From: a virus
Reading direction: 5' to 3' (one strand)
DNA length: 64,000 nt
IMG/VR virus record: IMGVR_UViG_3300013117_000371
Both the position numbers and the translations under genes were made by a program. This document shows, one piece after another, positions 8,700 to 17,045 of this stretch. The notes below the pieces were generated by a model. The model worked only from the letters and a program-made list of their open reading frames with translations. It made no database searches and was not told the origin of the DNA. Each line of letters starts with the position of its first letter. The stretch's first letter is position 1.

Positions 8700-8947
8700 G
8701 AACAAGCAAACAAAGCTCACCGCCGGGGGGCCAGAGGCAACCGGAAGGTGGGGCGGTTAAGTACTTCTCTTGTGAACAACCGACCGGCTGGAGGTCCCAG
8801 CCATGCCGCATGAAACAACAGTGCGGCAATCGCCACTGCTTAGGGTGGCTAATGACGACACAAGACGAGAGCGTCCTGCCTATAGATTGCGATCTTTCCG
8901 GCAGCGGCACCCGAGAAGGGGGGGCGGGAACGCACAGCGAGATCTAG
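8696..8947 (+). CDS. Small Cys-rich hypothetical protein (83 aa)
   Basis: ATGA coupling to the RuvC-like stop; fills the gap to the next promoter. Confidence 0.5.
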   Translation: MRTSKQSSPPGGQRQPEGGAVKYFSCEQPTGWRSQPCRMKQQCGNRHCLGWLMTTQDESVLPIDCDLSGSGTREGGAGTHSEI

Positions 8948-8951
8948 TTCC

Positions 8952-8980
8952 TCGACAACCCCCACGCTACGTAGTAGAAT
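8952..8980 (+). promoter_or_regulatory. Candidate sigma70-type promoter TCGACA-N17-TAGAAT
   Basis: Intergenic; near-consensus hexamers with 17-nt spacer; SD AGGAGG before ATG 9000. Confidence 0.7.
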
Positions 8981-8999
8981 CCCCCCAGGAGGCGCAGCC

Positions 9000-9731
9000 A
9001 TGCTGAGACCGCTGGTGTGGACAGAACGAGTGGAGGCCGCCGCCGGGCTCGAGGACTTGGAGCTGGGCGTGTTCGCCAGCGATGGCACCCAGATCTTCAC
9101 AGTCTCCGGCACGGAGGAGTTCCCCACCATCTACCGGGCGTACGTTGAGCTCAACGAAACCTACGCCGGAGCTACCTACATTCTGCGCTGGCGCTCGGTG
9201 GCGACGAGTTGGCAAACAATCCTGACTGTGTTCGTCACGGGGGAGACCCTCACCGCCGAGGCGATCGCCTCCATGGCCACCGAAGTCCCGGACCCGCCGG
9301 CCTATGCCGACGGTTCCCAGTGGGAGCCGATCACCTGCTGGATCTTCAACTCGTCCGACACCGTCCCCATTCCTCAGTACAGCGCTGTACGGCTGGCTGC
9401 CGGTGACCGGGACGGGGCGGAGATGGCCCTCAACGATGACGGGGAGTTCTTCGGCGTGGTGCAATCAGGACTCGGCGCCGGCGCCACCCAATCCCAGGTC
9501 ATCGTCAGCGGGCCCACTCGAGTGCGGGCCACGGCGGAGGCCTGGGCGTACAGCGACCCGCTCTACCTCGACGTTACCGCCGGCGTGGTCACTTCCGACC
9601 CGGACCTGACCACGCCCGGCGTGTGGGTTGTACCAATCGGCAACGCCCTGGCCGACAAAGCGGCCGACGAAGCCATCGGGTACCTTGGCATCGTCAAAGG
9701 GTACAAGTACGTGGTGGAAGGAGCAGAGTAA
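9000..9731 (+). CDS. Putative virion protein with capsid-cement (DUF2190-like) C-terminal domain
   Basis: C-half FFGVVQSG...VIVSGPTRV...A..YSDPLYLD..G.V...IG.AL matches the cement/decoration pattern; N-half resembles the N-module of 9731..10639. Confidence 0.55.
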   Translation: MLRPLVWTERVEAAAGLEDLELGVFASDGTQIFTVSGTEEFPTIYRAYVELNETYAGATYILRWRSVATSWQTILTVFVTGETLTAEAIASMATEVPDPPAYADGSQWEPITCWIFNSSDTVPIPQYSAVRLAAGDRDGAEMALNDDGEFFGVVQSGLGAGATQSQVIVSGPTRVRATAEAWAYSDPLYLDVTAGVVTSDPDLTTPGVWVVPIGNALADKAADEAIGYLGIVKGYKYVVEGAE

Positions 9732-10639
9732 TGCTTGACCCTCAGTACCTCATTGTGAACAAGCCCGGCTCCATCATCTGGACCCTGGGCGTCACCGGGC
9801 TGACCGACGTCACCGCCAACATCTACCAGGATGGAGTGGAGATCTCGGAGAGCCCCCTCGCCTGCCAGGAGCACCCTACCGGCGGCGTGTACGTCGGCGA
9901 CCTGCGCCTGGATGATACCGGCACCTACCTGATTCGTTGGCGAGGGGACGGCAACAACGAGCAGGCGGAGCAAAACCTGTTCGTGGTTATCTCCGCCCAC
10001 TCCGCTACCATTCGGGTAGAAGACACCGAAGATGGGACCGCCCACGCCGGCGTCCGGGTCATGCTCCTTGAATTCGCCAACGTCGGGTACGACCTCATCT
10101 CGGAAACCACCACTGATGACAACGGAGAGTGCAACCTGGAGCTGCCGGAAGGGGCTTACCGCATCTGCCTGGAGAAGTCCGGGTACGTATTCACAGTCAA
10201 CGGGTTTGAGCTGGAGATCGACTACCGGGACGAAGAGGCCCCCATACTGCTCAACACCAAGACCATCCCCGTCCCGACTTCCAGGTACGTAGCCCCCCAA
10301 TCCCTAGTCACCATGACGGCGACGCTGATCAACGGCCAAGGCAGCCCCATCCGGTATCGGGAGGTGCTCGTCACCACCCTGTCGAAGGTGGCCTTCTCCA
10401 ACAACGACACCAAGTTTGTAGTTGCCGACGACCGCACCGTAGTCGAGTCGGACACCAACGGGCAACTCTCGGTTGAGCTGGTGCCCGGGACGGAGGTAGA
10501 GGTATCTGTCAAGAACACCTCGATCATTCGCCGGTTCACGGTGCCCGGCGCAGACTTCGACCTGTTCGACAACATCGACGGGGCGGACGACTACTTCACA
10601 GTGCAACAACCAGACTACCCGGACATACCTACTTCGTAA
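9731..10639 (+). CDS. Putative virion Ig/prealbumin-like beta-sandwich protein (302 aa), paralog of 52294..53199
   Basis: TAATG coupling; TTDDNGECNLELPEGAYRICLEKSGY prealbumin-like motif; end-to-end similarity to 52294..53199. Confidence 0.75.
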   Translation: MLDPQYLIVNKPGSIIWTLGVTGLTDVTANIYQDGVEISESPLACQEHPTGGVYVGDLRLDDTGTYLIRWRGDGNNEQAEQNLFVVISAHSATIRVEDTEDGTAHAGVRVMLLEFANVGYDLISETTTDDNGECNLELPEGAYRICLEKSGYVFTVNGFELEIDYRDEEAPILLNTKTIPVPTSRYVAPQSLVTMTATLINGQGSPIRYREVLVTTLSKVAFSNNDTKFVVADDRTVVESDTNGQLSVELVPGTEVEVSVKNTSIIRRFTVPGADFDLFDNIDGADDYFTVQQPDYPDIPTS

Positions 10640-10662
10640 CTCCACGTATAAAAGGACCACCC

Positions 10663-11487
10663 ATGGATATCGACAAAAGGATAAGGATCGTTTTCTCCAA
10701 TGCAGAAATGGCGCAGCTCACAATGAGGGATGTGCTGAGGGGCGCCCGGCGCCTGCGGAACGCCATCAAGGCAGACCTGAAAGCAGGGCTCGTGGACCTC
10801 ACTGACCCAATGCAGAAATACGCATACAAGAAGGCCAACGACGCCGCCGGAGCGGGGATACTCTTCTGCAAAGAGGGAGGGAAAGCCTACCACCTCCTGG
10901 GCATCACTGATGACACAACCCCCATCTCCGAGATGCGCGACGCCTTCCGGAAGTACTGGATTGGCCGGACTATCGCCCCAGCGCTCGCCGCCACGGGGGG
11001 GCGAGCGGAGTACATTCAAGTGACCGCGGAGGAACTGGAGACCCTGAAAGCCATTGGAATGCTGAAGTTCCTCACCGACCCCTACCGAGTGTGCTTCGGC
11101 ACCGTCGCCGGCTGGGACAGCCGCCTCACCGGCCTCATCGGCCGCCTCGTGGAAGAGAAGCGGGCAGGCAAGCTCATCAAGTACATGGCAACGGGCCCCA
11201 AAGTTCGGCGCGAGGCGGCGTTCGGGGGGTTTGTGCGCAGTGCAGCAACGCCTCCGCCCCGCAAATTGAGGCAGCCCAGGCAGGCCGCCCAAACCCAAAA
11301 GGAGGCCAAGCCCACTTGGCAGGACGTACCCCCGGAAGGCGTAGCCCAAGTTGTAATTGGGCCCGACGCCGTCAGCGTGATCAACAAACGTGGGTTGATT
11401 ATGGACGTCCCCGCTTTGCGGTCCCCACAGGAAATCTGGGAGTTTGTGGCCCTTGTCCTCGCTACCAAGTCTACTCACCTGCCGTAA
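10663..11487 (+). CDS. Basic hypothetical protein (274 aa)
   Basis: Long protein-like ORF, Lys/Arg rich; ends directly before the inverted-repeat region. Confidence 0.75.
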   Translation: MDIDKRIRIVFSNAEMAQLTMRDVLRGARRLRNAIKADLKAGLVDLTDPMQKYAYKKANDAAGAGILFCKEGGKAYHLLGITDDTTPISEMRDAFRKYWIGRTIAPALAATGGRAEYIQVTAEELETLKAIGMLKFLTDPYRVCFGTVAGWDSRLTGLIGRLVEEKRAGKLIKYMATGPKVRREAAFGGFVRSAATPPPRKLRQPRQAAQTQKEAKPTWQDVPPEGVAQVVIGPDAVSVINKRGLIMDVPALRSPQEIWEFVALVLATKSTHLP

Positions 11488-11494
11488 GGCTTAA

Positions 11495-11629
11495 GGGGGG
11501 TGGCGGGGGGCATAGCCCCCCGGGTGGTCTCTTTAAAAAAACGGGGGTCCGGGGGGCAGAGCCCCCAACTCAACCCCCTCTGGGGGCTCTTCTAGGGATA
11601 CTAGAAGAGCCCCCGTTGGGGTTTAGTTG
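11495..11629. repeat. Two G6-C(A.A)G-C5/6 hairpins and a 64-nt cruciform-type inverted repeat
   Basis: GGGGGGC-ATA-GCCCCCC (11505-11521); GGGGGC-AGA-GCCCCC (11552-11566); perfect 14-bp IR GGGGGCTCTTCTAG/CTAGAAGAGCCCCC (11582-11614) extended by an 11/12 arm (11566-11577/11618-11629). Confidence 0.9.
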
Positions 11630-11710
11630 TAGTTGTTGTTATGTATATTGCGCAGGCGCGGGCGCGGGTGCACGTGCGTACGATACCCTCGTCGAGAGAG
11701 TCAGCGAAGC

Positions 11711-11739
11711 TTGATGGTTTCCCACAAGTCTGGTAGAAT
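11711..11739 (+). promoter_or_regulatory. Candidate sigma70-type promoter TTGATG-N17-TAGAAT with extended -10 (TGn)
   Basis: 17-nt spacer, TG at 11731-11732; upstream of khpA and the replication operon. Confidence 0.7.
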
Positions 11740-11771
11740 AACCCCTCGAATCAAGGGGGAGGCATGCCAAG

Positions 11772-12029
11772 ATGATCAAGGAAATAATCGAGCCGGTCGT
11801 AAAGGCCCTCGTTGACCACCCGGAAGAGGTAGATATAGTAGAACATACCATTCTCGAAGGAAAGAAGGTGTCAGTAGTGGTAACGGTGCACCCGGAAGAC
11901 CTCGGCAAGGTCGTAGGGCGCAGAGGGGGTAATGCCAACGCCCTCCGTGTCTTGCTGTCTTCCCTGGCGGGGAAACACGCGTGCACATACACCCTCGACT
12001 TTGGGGGGAAGCATGGAGGTGACGCATGA
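11772..12029 (+). CDS. khpA: KH-domain RNA-binding protein, KhpA (UPF0109) family
   Basis: 85 aa; V+ALVDHPEEV...V.V.PEDLGKVVGRRG.NANALR.LL is the KhpA signature with an intact GxxG loop; SD GGAGG. Confidence 0.9.
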   Translation: MIKEIIEPVVKALVDHPEEVDIVEHTILEGKKVSVVVTVHPEDLGKVVGRRGGNANALRVLLSSLAGKHACTYTLDFGGKHGGDA

Positions 12030-12682
12030 ACTTGGCAGCAATCGTCTTGCTTGTGCACACCCTTGGGTTCAATCCGGAACTGCGGGAAGTGGATGATGTG
12101 CAGAGCCACTTCGGCATCACCGACCAGGGCGTCTATTCCTGCCTGGCGTTGACCTTGCTCACGGACATGAATTTCGACGTCTGTGCCCGGGTCGTCAAAC
12201 AGGAGAGCTACGGCGGTGTCCGGGGGGCTATGAGGCTGTGCCACAAGTGGGTCAAAAGCAATGGTGAATGGAAGTGCGTGGGGGGCTACACCAAGGTGAT
12301 GAACGGATGGGACCTACCCAACCGGGTCATCCGGAAGAAGGCGGCAGAAGTCAGCGAATGGCAGCTGCGGCACTCCCCCTCCTGGAGTTGGATTCGGGCG
12401 CACAACAAGGAACACGGGACTGAGTACACAGTGCTGGATATGCGGCACTTCGAGCGGTCCCTGGACGTGATGATGACAGCGTACGACCAGTTGAAGAAAC
12501 GGGTGGATAGAAATGGACCCCGTTGCCTGGCCACCGATGAGAACAACCGGTGTACCAGAAGGTGCCGGGTCATCCCCGGCTCGGAAGAAATGGTGTGGCT
12601 CCAGTACTGGAACGGTTGTGGGAGCTACCGCCGGCACGCCAAAGCAGTCCTCAGCTACCGGGAACAGGTAGCGGCACAATAG
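12026..12682 (+). CDS. Putative lytic transglycosylase (SLT/lysozyme-like), possibly exported
   Basis: Hydrophobic N-terminus; VVKQES catalytic-Glu-like motif, GAMRL and late LQYWNG resembling SLT motifs, but the ES-to-GLMQ spacing is shorter than typical. Confidence 0.4.
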   Translation: MNLAAIVLLVHTLGFNPELREVDDVQSHFGITDQGVYSCLALTLLTDMNFDVCARVVKQESYGGVRGAMRLCHKWVKSNGEWKCVGGYTKVMNGWDLPNRVIRKKAAEVSEWQLRHSPSWSWIRAHNKEHGTEYTVLDMRHFERSLDVMMTAYDQLKKRVDRNGPRCLATDENNRCTRRCRVIPGSEEMVWLQYWNGCGSYRRHAKAVLSYREQVAAQ

Positions 12683-15448
12683 ATGAACATCATAGACCTA
12701 CGGGAGATGCCCTCGTTCAAGTCAGGCCTGCTCTTCCTGCGGAAGGCAGAGGTCGACCTTGCCGAAGTCCGGGAGCGGTTGACCTTCCACAACACCGACT
12801 TGGACGGTATCGAGCATGCCCGTATCGGCTATCACGAATCGGACACCCACATAGCAATCCCCCGGGAGTTCCCCATGGACGTGGAGGTCCTGGACTTGAC
12901 CCCTCCCGGTCGGGACTTTTCCCGCATGGAGGATCGAGTAACCTCCTTCCTGGATGCCGAACAGGAGAAGGCCTGGGAGGCATTGAGGCACGCCGACGGC
13001 GGCCTTTTTTCCATTCCGGGGGGTCGCGGGAAGTGCGTAGGGTTGGGAACTTGGTTGTACACTGACCAAGGAATTTTCAGGGCCGAGGACGCCCACTTAG
13101 CAATAACAAGTGGGGAGGCTTTATTCCTAGATTCCCGTAATGGCCCACAACAAGCAACTAGGGCGTACCGCTTCCCAGTCTCTGTCTGCCGTTCTATAGA
13201 GACGCAATTAGGATATCAGGAAGCAGGCACATTGGAGCACCCACTTGTTACATTAGACCCGGATACAGCTACCCTGAATTGGACCATGGTGGGGGAGTTG
13301 AAGGAGGGGGACTACGTCGCTTTGGCTACTTCCATGTCTTGGGGAGCGGCTAAGGCGAAGAAGTTCAAGTATGCCCGGAAGGACCCCGACTACTCGTCAA
13401 CGGACATTAACCTAACCGGGCAGCTATCCCGGACAGACGCTATTGTTCTGGGGCTCCTTGTTGGAGACGGGGGGCTTACCGTTAGGAATCGGACAAGGAT
13501 ATCAACTGTCGACCCTGACGTGTTGCGAGTCATGCGGGCTCACGCTAAGGCAGCAGGAGTGAAGTTGCGTAAAGGCACCGGGTCCAACTGCGACTACGAA
13601 ATATGTTCCTGCCAGTACAAGGCGTGGCTGGAACACCATGGACTTCTCTCGGTTAAGTCGGAGAACAAAACGATACCTGTGGCGGTTCTGCGGCAAGGGA
13701 GCGACGTACTACGTTGGTTCCTCCAAGGGTACTTTACCGCAGATGGGGGGGTAATCCCCAAAGACGGCGTAACCTCGTCGTCTGCTAGCGAACGGCTTTC
13801 TAGGGAGATTCAGCAAGCTCTCCTTGCATTGGGCATACTGGCCAAAGTGCGGAAAAAGAAAACAACCCACTTAGATGCCTGGGAGGTAGGAATCCGTGGA
13901 GGCGACGTTATCAAGTTCGCCGAGAAAATTGGGTTTTGCTCTGGGAGCAAAGGTGCCTCCCTGGCGACTTTGCGTAGACACCTGGAAAGGAGGCCCCGAA
14001 ACTCAAATATTGATGTCGTCCCAGTCAGTAGGCTGGTGTACGAGTGCGCCAAAGAGTACGGGCAAGAGGTGTACGCTGCGTACAAGGATGCCCGAACCGT
14101 CGGCATCAGCCGCCCTCGTTTGCGTGAGTTCCTACGCATTGTACGAGACAAAGAAGGGAAAAAGGGTAACCACATCCGAAGGGTTCTGGAAAGCCTCTTG
14201 AGGGAAATAGACCGCTACGGTCTCCGCTTCCTGAAAGTAACCAAGCTCCAGAATACCGTTGAGGACGTAGTGGACTTCACCGTACCCAACGGGCACGAGT
14301 ATTACGGTAATGGCTTCATCAACCATAACACTGTCCTGGCCGTCAAGAAGATCGTGCAGCGGGGCAAGGCGACCATCGTCATCCTCCCCACGCTGTCCAT
14401 CATCAGCGGCTGGAAGCGGGAGCTGGCGGACAAGGCCGGAATTGCTGAGGAGGACATCGGCGTCTTCAATGGGGCCAAGTACTCCGAGCTGGAGAAGCCC
14501 ATTGTCATCGCCTCGCTGCGATCGCTGGCCTTGAAGGCTGGGATCTACCCGGTCGAGTTACGGGACAAGTTCGGAACAGTGGTGTTTGACGAAGTCCATA
14601 ATCTTGGGTCCCCTACCGGGCTGAAAGTCGCCTCCATGTTCCGGGGAGCCAGGTTCGGTTTCACGGCTACCCCCGAAAGGGCGGACGGCACCCTACCGCT
14701 GTACCTCTACCACCTGGGGCCGGTGATATACCGGTCGACCTACCACTCGATGAAGCCCCTGGTGGCCTTCGTTGAAGTTCCCATCAAGACTACAGAGCAC
14801 GACAAAGATGTGATAGATCGCGGAGGGAAGTTCAACTTTCCTCTGTTTTGGAAAAAAATCGCCAAAGAGCGAGGGTTCAACCGCCGCATCTTTGCGGACG
14901 TCAGGGGGTTTGTCGAACAAGGGAGAATACCTATGGTATTCACCCATGTTCGAAAACACGCCCATTGGCTGCATGACTTGTTCGAGGAGAAGCTCCAACC
15001 TACTGGAATCATTACCGGGAAGGTGAAATGGGAGAAGCGGGAAAAAGAGCTCTTGACAAACGATTTGATTGTCGGAACAATGGGAGCTGCGAGAGAGGGT
15101 CTGAATCGGCTGGACCTCGATTTAGTCCTCATCACAATGCCCGTCGGGAAGGATTCGGAAGGGCGGTTTTTGCAAGCCATCTGGCGGTCCTTACGGGATG
15201 TTGAGAGTAAGAACCAGCCCTGGGTGATCGTTTACGTGCCCAAGGCTAAGCCGTGCTATGCCATGGCTCAAATGATGAGGAAGTATGCCCAAAACATCGG
15301 CTACCGCATTGGGACGTTTGAAAACGGAGTGGTCAGCGTGCACGAAGTGTCGACTGCACGAGGACAGGAACCACACCGTGTTCGGGGCGGGCAGCCTATC
15401 CCCAAAGGTAGTATTCATCGGGGAGGCCCCGGGGGAAGTAGAGGATGA
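12683..15448 (+). CDS. SF2 DEAD/DEAH-box helicase (UvsW/XPB-like) containing an intein
   Basis: After removing the intein: Walker A PGGRGK|T, Walker B VFDEVH, motif III GFTATP, motif V EGLN...LD, degenerate motif VI FLQAIWR. Confidence 0.9.
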   Translation: MNIIDLREMPSFKSGLLFLRKAEVDLAEVRERLTFHNTDLDGIEHARIGYHESDTHIAIPREFPMDVEVLDLTPPGRDFSRMEDRVTSFLDAEQEKAWEALRHADGGLFSIPGGRGKCVGLGTWLYTDQGIFRAEDAHLAITSGEALFLDSRNGPQQATRAYRFPVSVCRSIETQLGYQEAGTLEHPLVTLDPDTATLNWTMVGELKEGDYVALATSMSWGAAKAKKFKYARKDPDYSSTDINLTGQLSRTDAIVLGLLVGDGGLTVRNRTRISTVDPDVLRVMRAHAKAAGVKLRKGTGSNCDYEICSCQYKAWLEHHGLLSVKSENKTIPVAVLRQGSDVLRWFLQGYFTADGGVIPKDGVTSSSASERLSREIQQALLALGILAKVRKKKTTHLDAWEVGIRGGDVIKFAEKIGFCSGSKGASLATLRRHLERRPRNSNIDVVPVSRLVYECAKEYGQEVYAAYKDARTVGISRPRLREFLRIVRDKEGKKGNHIRRVLESLLREIDRYGLRFLKVTKLQNTVEDVVDFTVPNGHEYYGNGFINHNTVLAVKKIVQRGKATIVILPTLSIISGWKRELADKAGIAEEDIGVFNGAKYSELEKPIVIASLRSLALKAGIYPVELRDKFGTVVFDEVHNLGSPTGLKVASMFRGARFGFTATPERADGTLPLYLYHLGPVIYRSTYHSMKPLVAFVEVPIKTTEHDKDVIDRGGKFNFPLFWKKIAKERGFNRRIFADVRGFVEQGRIPMVFTHVRKHAHWLHDLFEEKLQPTGIITGKVKWEKREKELLTNDLIVGTMGAAREGLNRLDLDLVLITMPVGKDSEGRFLQAIWRSLRDVESKNQPWVIVYVPKAKPCYAMAQMMRKYAQNIGYRIGTFENGVVSVHEVSTARGQEPHRVRGGQPIPKGSIHRGGPGGSRG
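13034..14329 (+). mobile_element. Intein (432 aa) with LAGLIDADG homing endonuclease
   Basis: Starts with Cys (CVGLGTWLYT), ends His-Asn followed by extein Thr; LGLLVGDG and FLQGYFTADG motifs; sits between K and T of Walker A. Confidence 0.95.
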
Positions 15449-15896
15449 TACCGGGAGGCCCTTCGTGGGGAAGTCCGGTCAGCGCCTTAAAGCAGCCCTC
15501 AAACAGGTAGGGTTCGACCCCAAGGACGCTTACTTGACCAACGTGGTCATGTGCCGCCCCTTGGACAACCGAGACCCCCGCAAAGACGAGTACGGGGTGT
15601 GCGCGCCCCGTTTGATGGAGCAACTGCGCCTACTGGACCCGTTCATGATTGTCGGCCTCGGCCGGATCAGCGGGCAGGCGCTGCTGCACACGACGCAAGG
15701 AATCACTGATTTACGGGGGCGGATGTTCCGCCTGCCGATGGAACTGGGCGAGCTCACGTGGACTCTTCCAGTGTACATGGTCCATCACCCCGCCTTCATC
15801 GACCGGAAGCCGGAAAAGACGAGGGAATGGGAGGAGGACTTAGCTGGGGTACTCCGTATCTTGAGTACCCTGAAAGGAGTGTTGAAATGTCGATGA
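15285..15896 (+). CDS. udg: Uracil-DNA glycosylase, family 4
   Basis: CTKCRL (Fe-S), VFG.G, GEAPG..ED..GRPFVG.SG, TNVVMCRP, C-terminal HPAF motif. Confidence 0.93.
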   Translation: MPKTSATALGRLKTEWSACTKCRLHEDRNHTVFGAGSLSPKVVFIGEAPGEVEDDTGRPFVGKSGQRLKAALKQVGFDPKDAYLTNVVMCRPLDNRDPRKDEYGVCAPRLMEQLRLLDPFMIVGLGRISGQALLHTTQGITDLRGRMFRLPMELGELTWTLPVYMVHHPAFIDRKPEKTREWEEDLAGVLRILSTLKGVLKCR

Positions 15897-16336
15897 AGCA
15901 AACATTGGAGCAGGCCGCCCGCATTGTCGAGGAGTTGACGCGATTGCGGACAGCCAAGGCGGCATTTGTAGATGGCCACCGCAAAATCTTCGCCGAGCTG
16001 GAAAGCTTGGAGCAGGCAGAGAAAAAACTGATGATCCACCTTGTCGAGTTGGCAGGGGGGGCCAAGTTCCCGGACGGGGTCAACCTCATCCCTATCTGCT
16101 GCGACTTCTCGTTCACCAGGCGAGCCAACCCGTTGTACGCCCGGCCAGGCATCTTCAAATGGTGGAAGCAAATGCTCGAAGCAGGGATAATCAAGCCCCC
16201 CTCCGTATCCGGCGTGGAGAAGCTGCTGCGCAAGGGCAAGGATGCTGGCGGGCTGCCCTCGACGGCGAGGCGGTTCTTGCCTGGCGAAGACGGAAAGACG
16301 TACAAGTCCGGAGTTGGTAAGCCCAAGGGGTGGTAG
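15887..16336 (+). CDS. Coiled-coil hypothetical protein (possibly Gam/Gp157-like)
   Basis: SD AAGGAG before ATG 15887; N-terminal helical region; family call is by architecture only. Confidence 0.7.
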   Translation: MSMKQTLEQAARIVEELTRLRTAKAAFVDGHRKIFAELESLEQAEKKLMIHLVELAGGAKFPDGVNLIPICCDFSFTRRANPLYARPGIFKWWKQMLEAGIIKPPSVSGVEKLLRKGKDAGGLPSTARRFLPGEDGKTYKSGVGKPKGW

Positions 16337-16337
16337 T

Positions 16338-17045
16338 GTGCGAACGTGTAGCTGGGAAGGACTCATTGCTGCGTGCCGGGAACAGTTCGGGGGGCCAACT
16401 AAGGCCCGTTTTGAACGCACCGGGAAGCAGGTGAAGGTGACCGGCGCAACCCGTCCCAGCTACCGCCCTCCCACGAAGTGGGTGGGTGTCCCTCATTACC
16501 CGGTTGGTCACCACGCCCTTGTGGGCAACCTTACTGAGGTAGCAATTGCCCTGGAGGGGCTGTGCCACATGCCGCAGGTGTACGTTGTGTTCAAGGGGCT
16601 CCCCCTTGCCCTGGTCTGTATGATGATTGGGGCCGACTACTGTAGCGGCGTGTACCTCCGGGCGGCTGATAACCTGCCTTTGTTTCTCGGGCATATCTTC
16701 CGCACCAAGGGCGTGTGGCACACGATGCCCCCCTTCCCTGTTACCCTGCGGCAGCTGAAGGACGAATACCCCATTATGGAACGGCCCCACTTGGAGTGGA
16801 AATGGGCCGTAGAGAAATTGCAGGCAGACCTGGCGGACAAATTGATGACTACCAGGACCCCTTATTTCTACCCTATCGACGAACTCCGGCGACGGGAACG
16901 GTCGGCGATGGCTTTGCAAGGCCTGCGCCTCGTCCAGGCCCGCTGCCTCGTCGGCACCCCCGGCCAGCACCTGAGTGAGTTGTCCAAGCTTACTCAGCTG
17001 ACACAGGAGGAGCAATGGGCGCTAGCATTGAACTCCAGGCCGTAA
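16338..17045 (+). CDS. Hypothetical protein (~235 aa); faint thymidylate-synthase-like motifs (see findings)
   Basis: GTG 16338 lies just after the upstream stop; fills the gap to DnaB. Confidence 0.7.
   Translation: MRTCSWEGLIAACREQFGGPTKARFERTGKQVKVTGATRPSYRPPTKWVGVPHYPVGHHALVGNLTEVAIALEGLCHMPQVYVVFKGLPLALVCMMIGADYCSGVYLRAADNLPLFLGHIFRTKGVWHTMPPFPVTLRQLKDEYPIMERPHLEWKWAVEKLQADLADKLMTTRTPYFYPIDELRRRERSAMALQGLRLVQARCLVGTPGQHLSELSKLTQLTQEEQWALALNSRP

Noticed and set aside
10640-10662. Promoter upstream of 10663 (TATAAA at ~10648)
   Set aside because: No -35 or extended -10 at the proper spacing.
11091-11714. 207-aa ORF running through the inverted-repeat region
   Set aside because: It overlaps a better gene in another frame and translates G/C runs and palindromes into low-complexity sequence.
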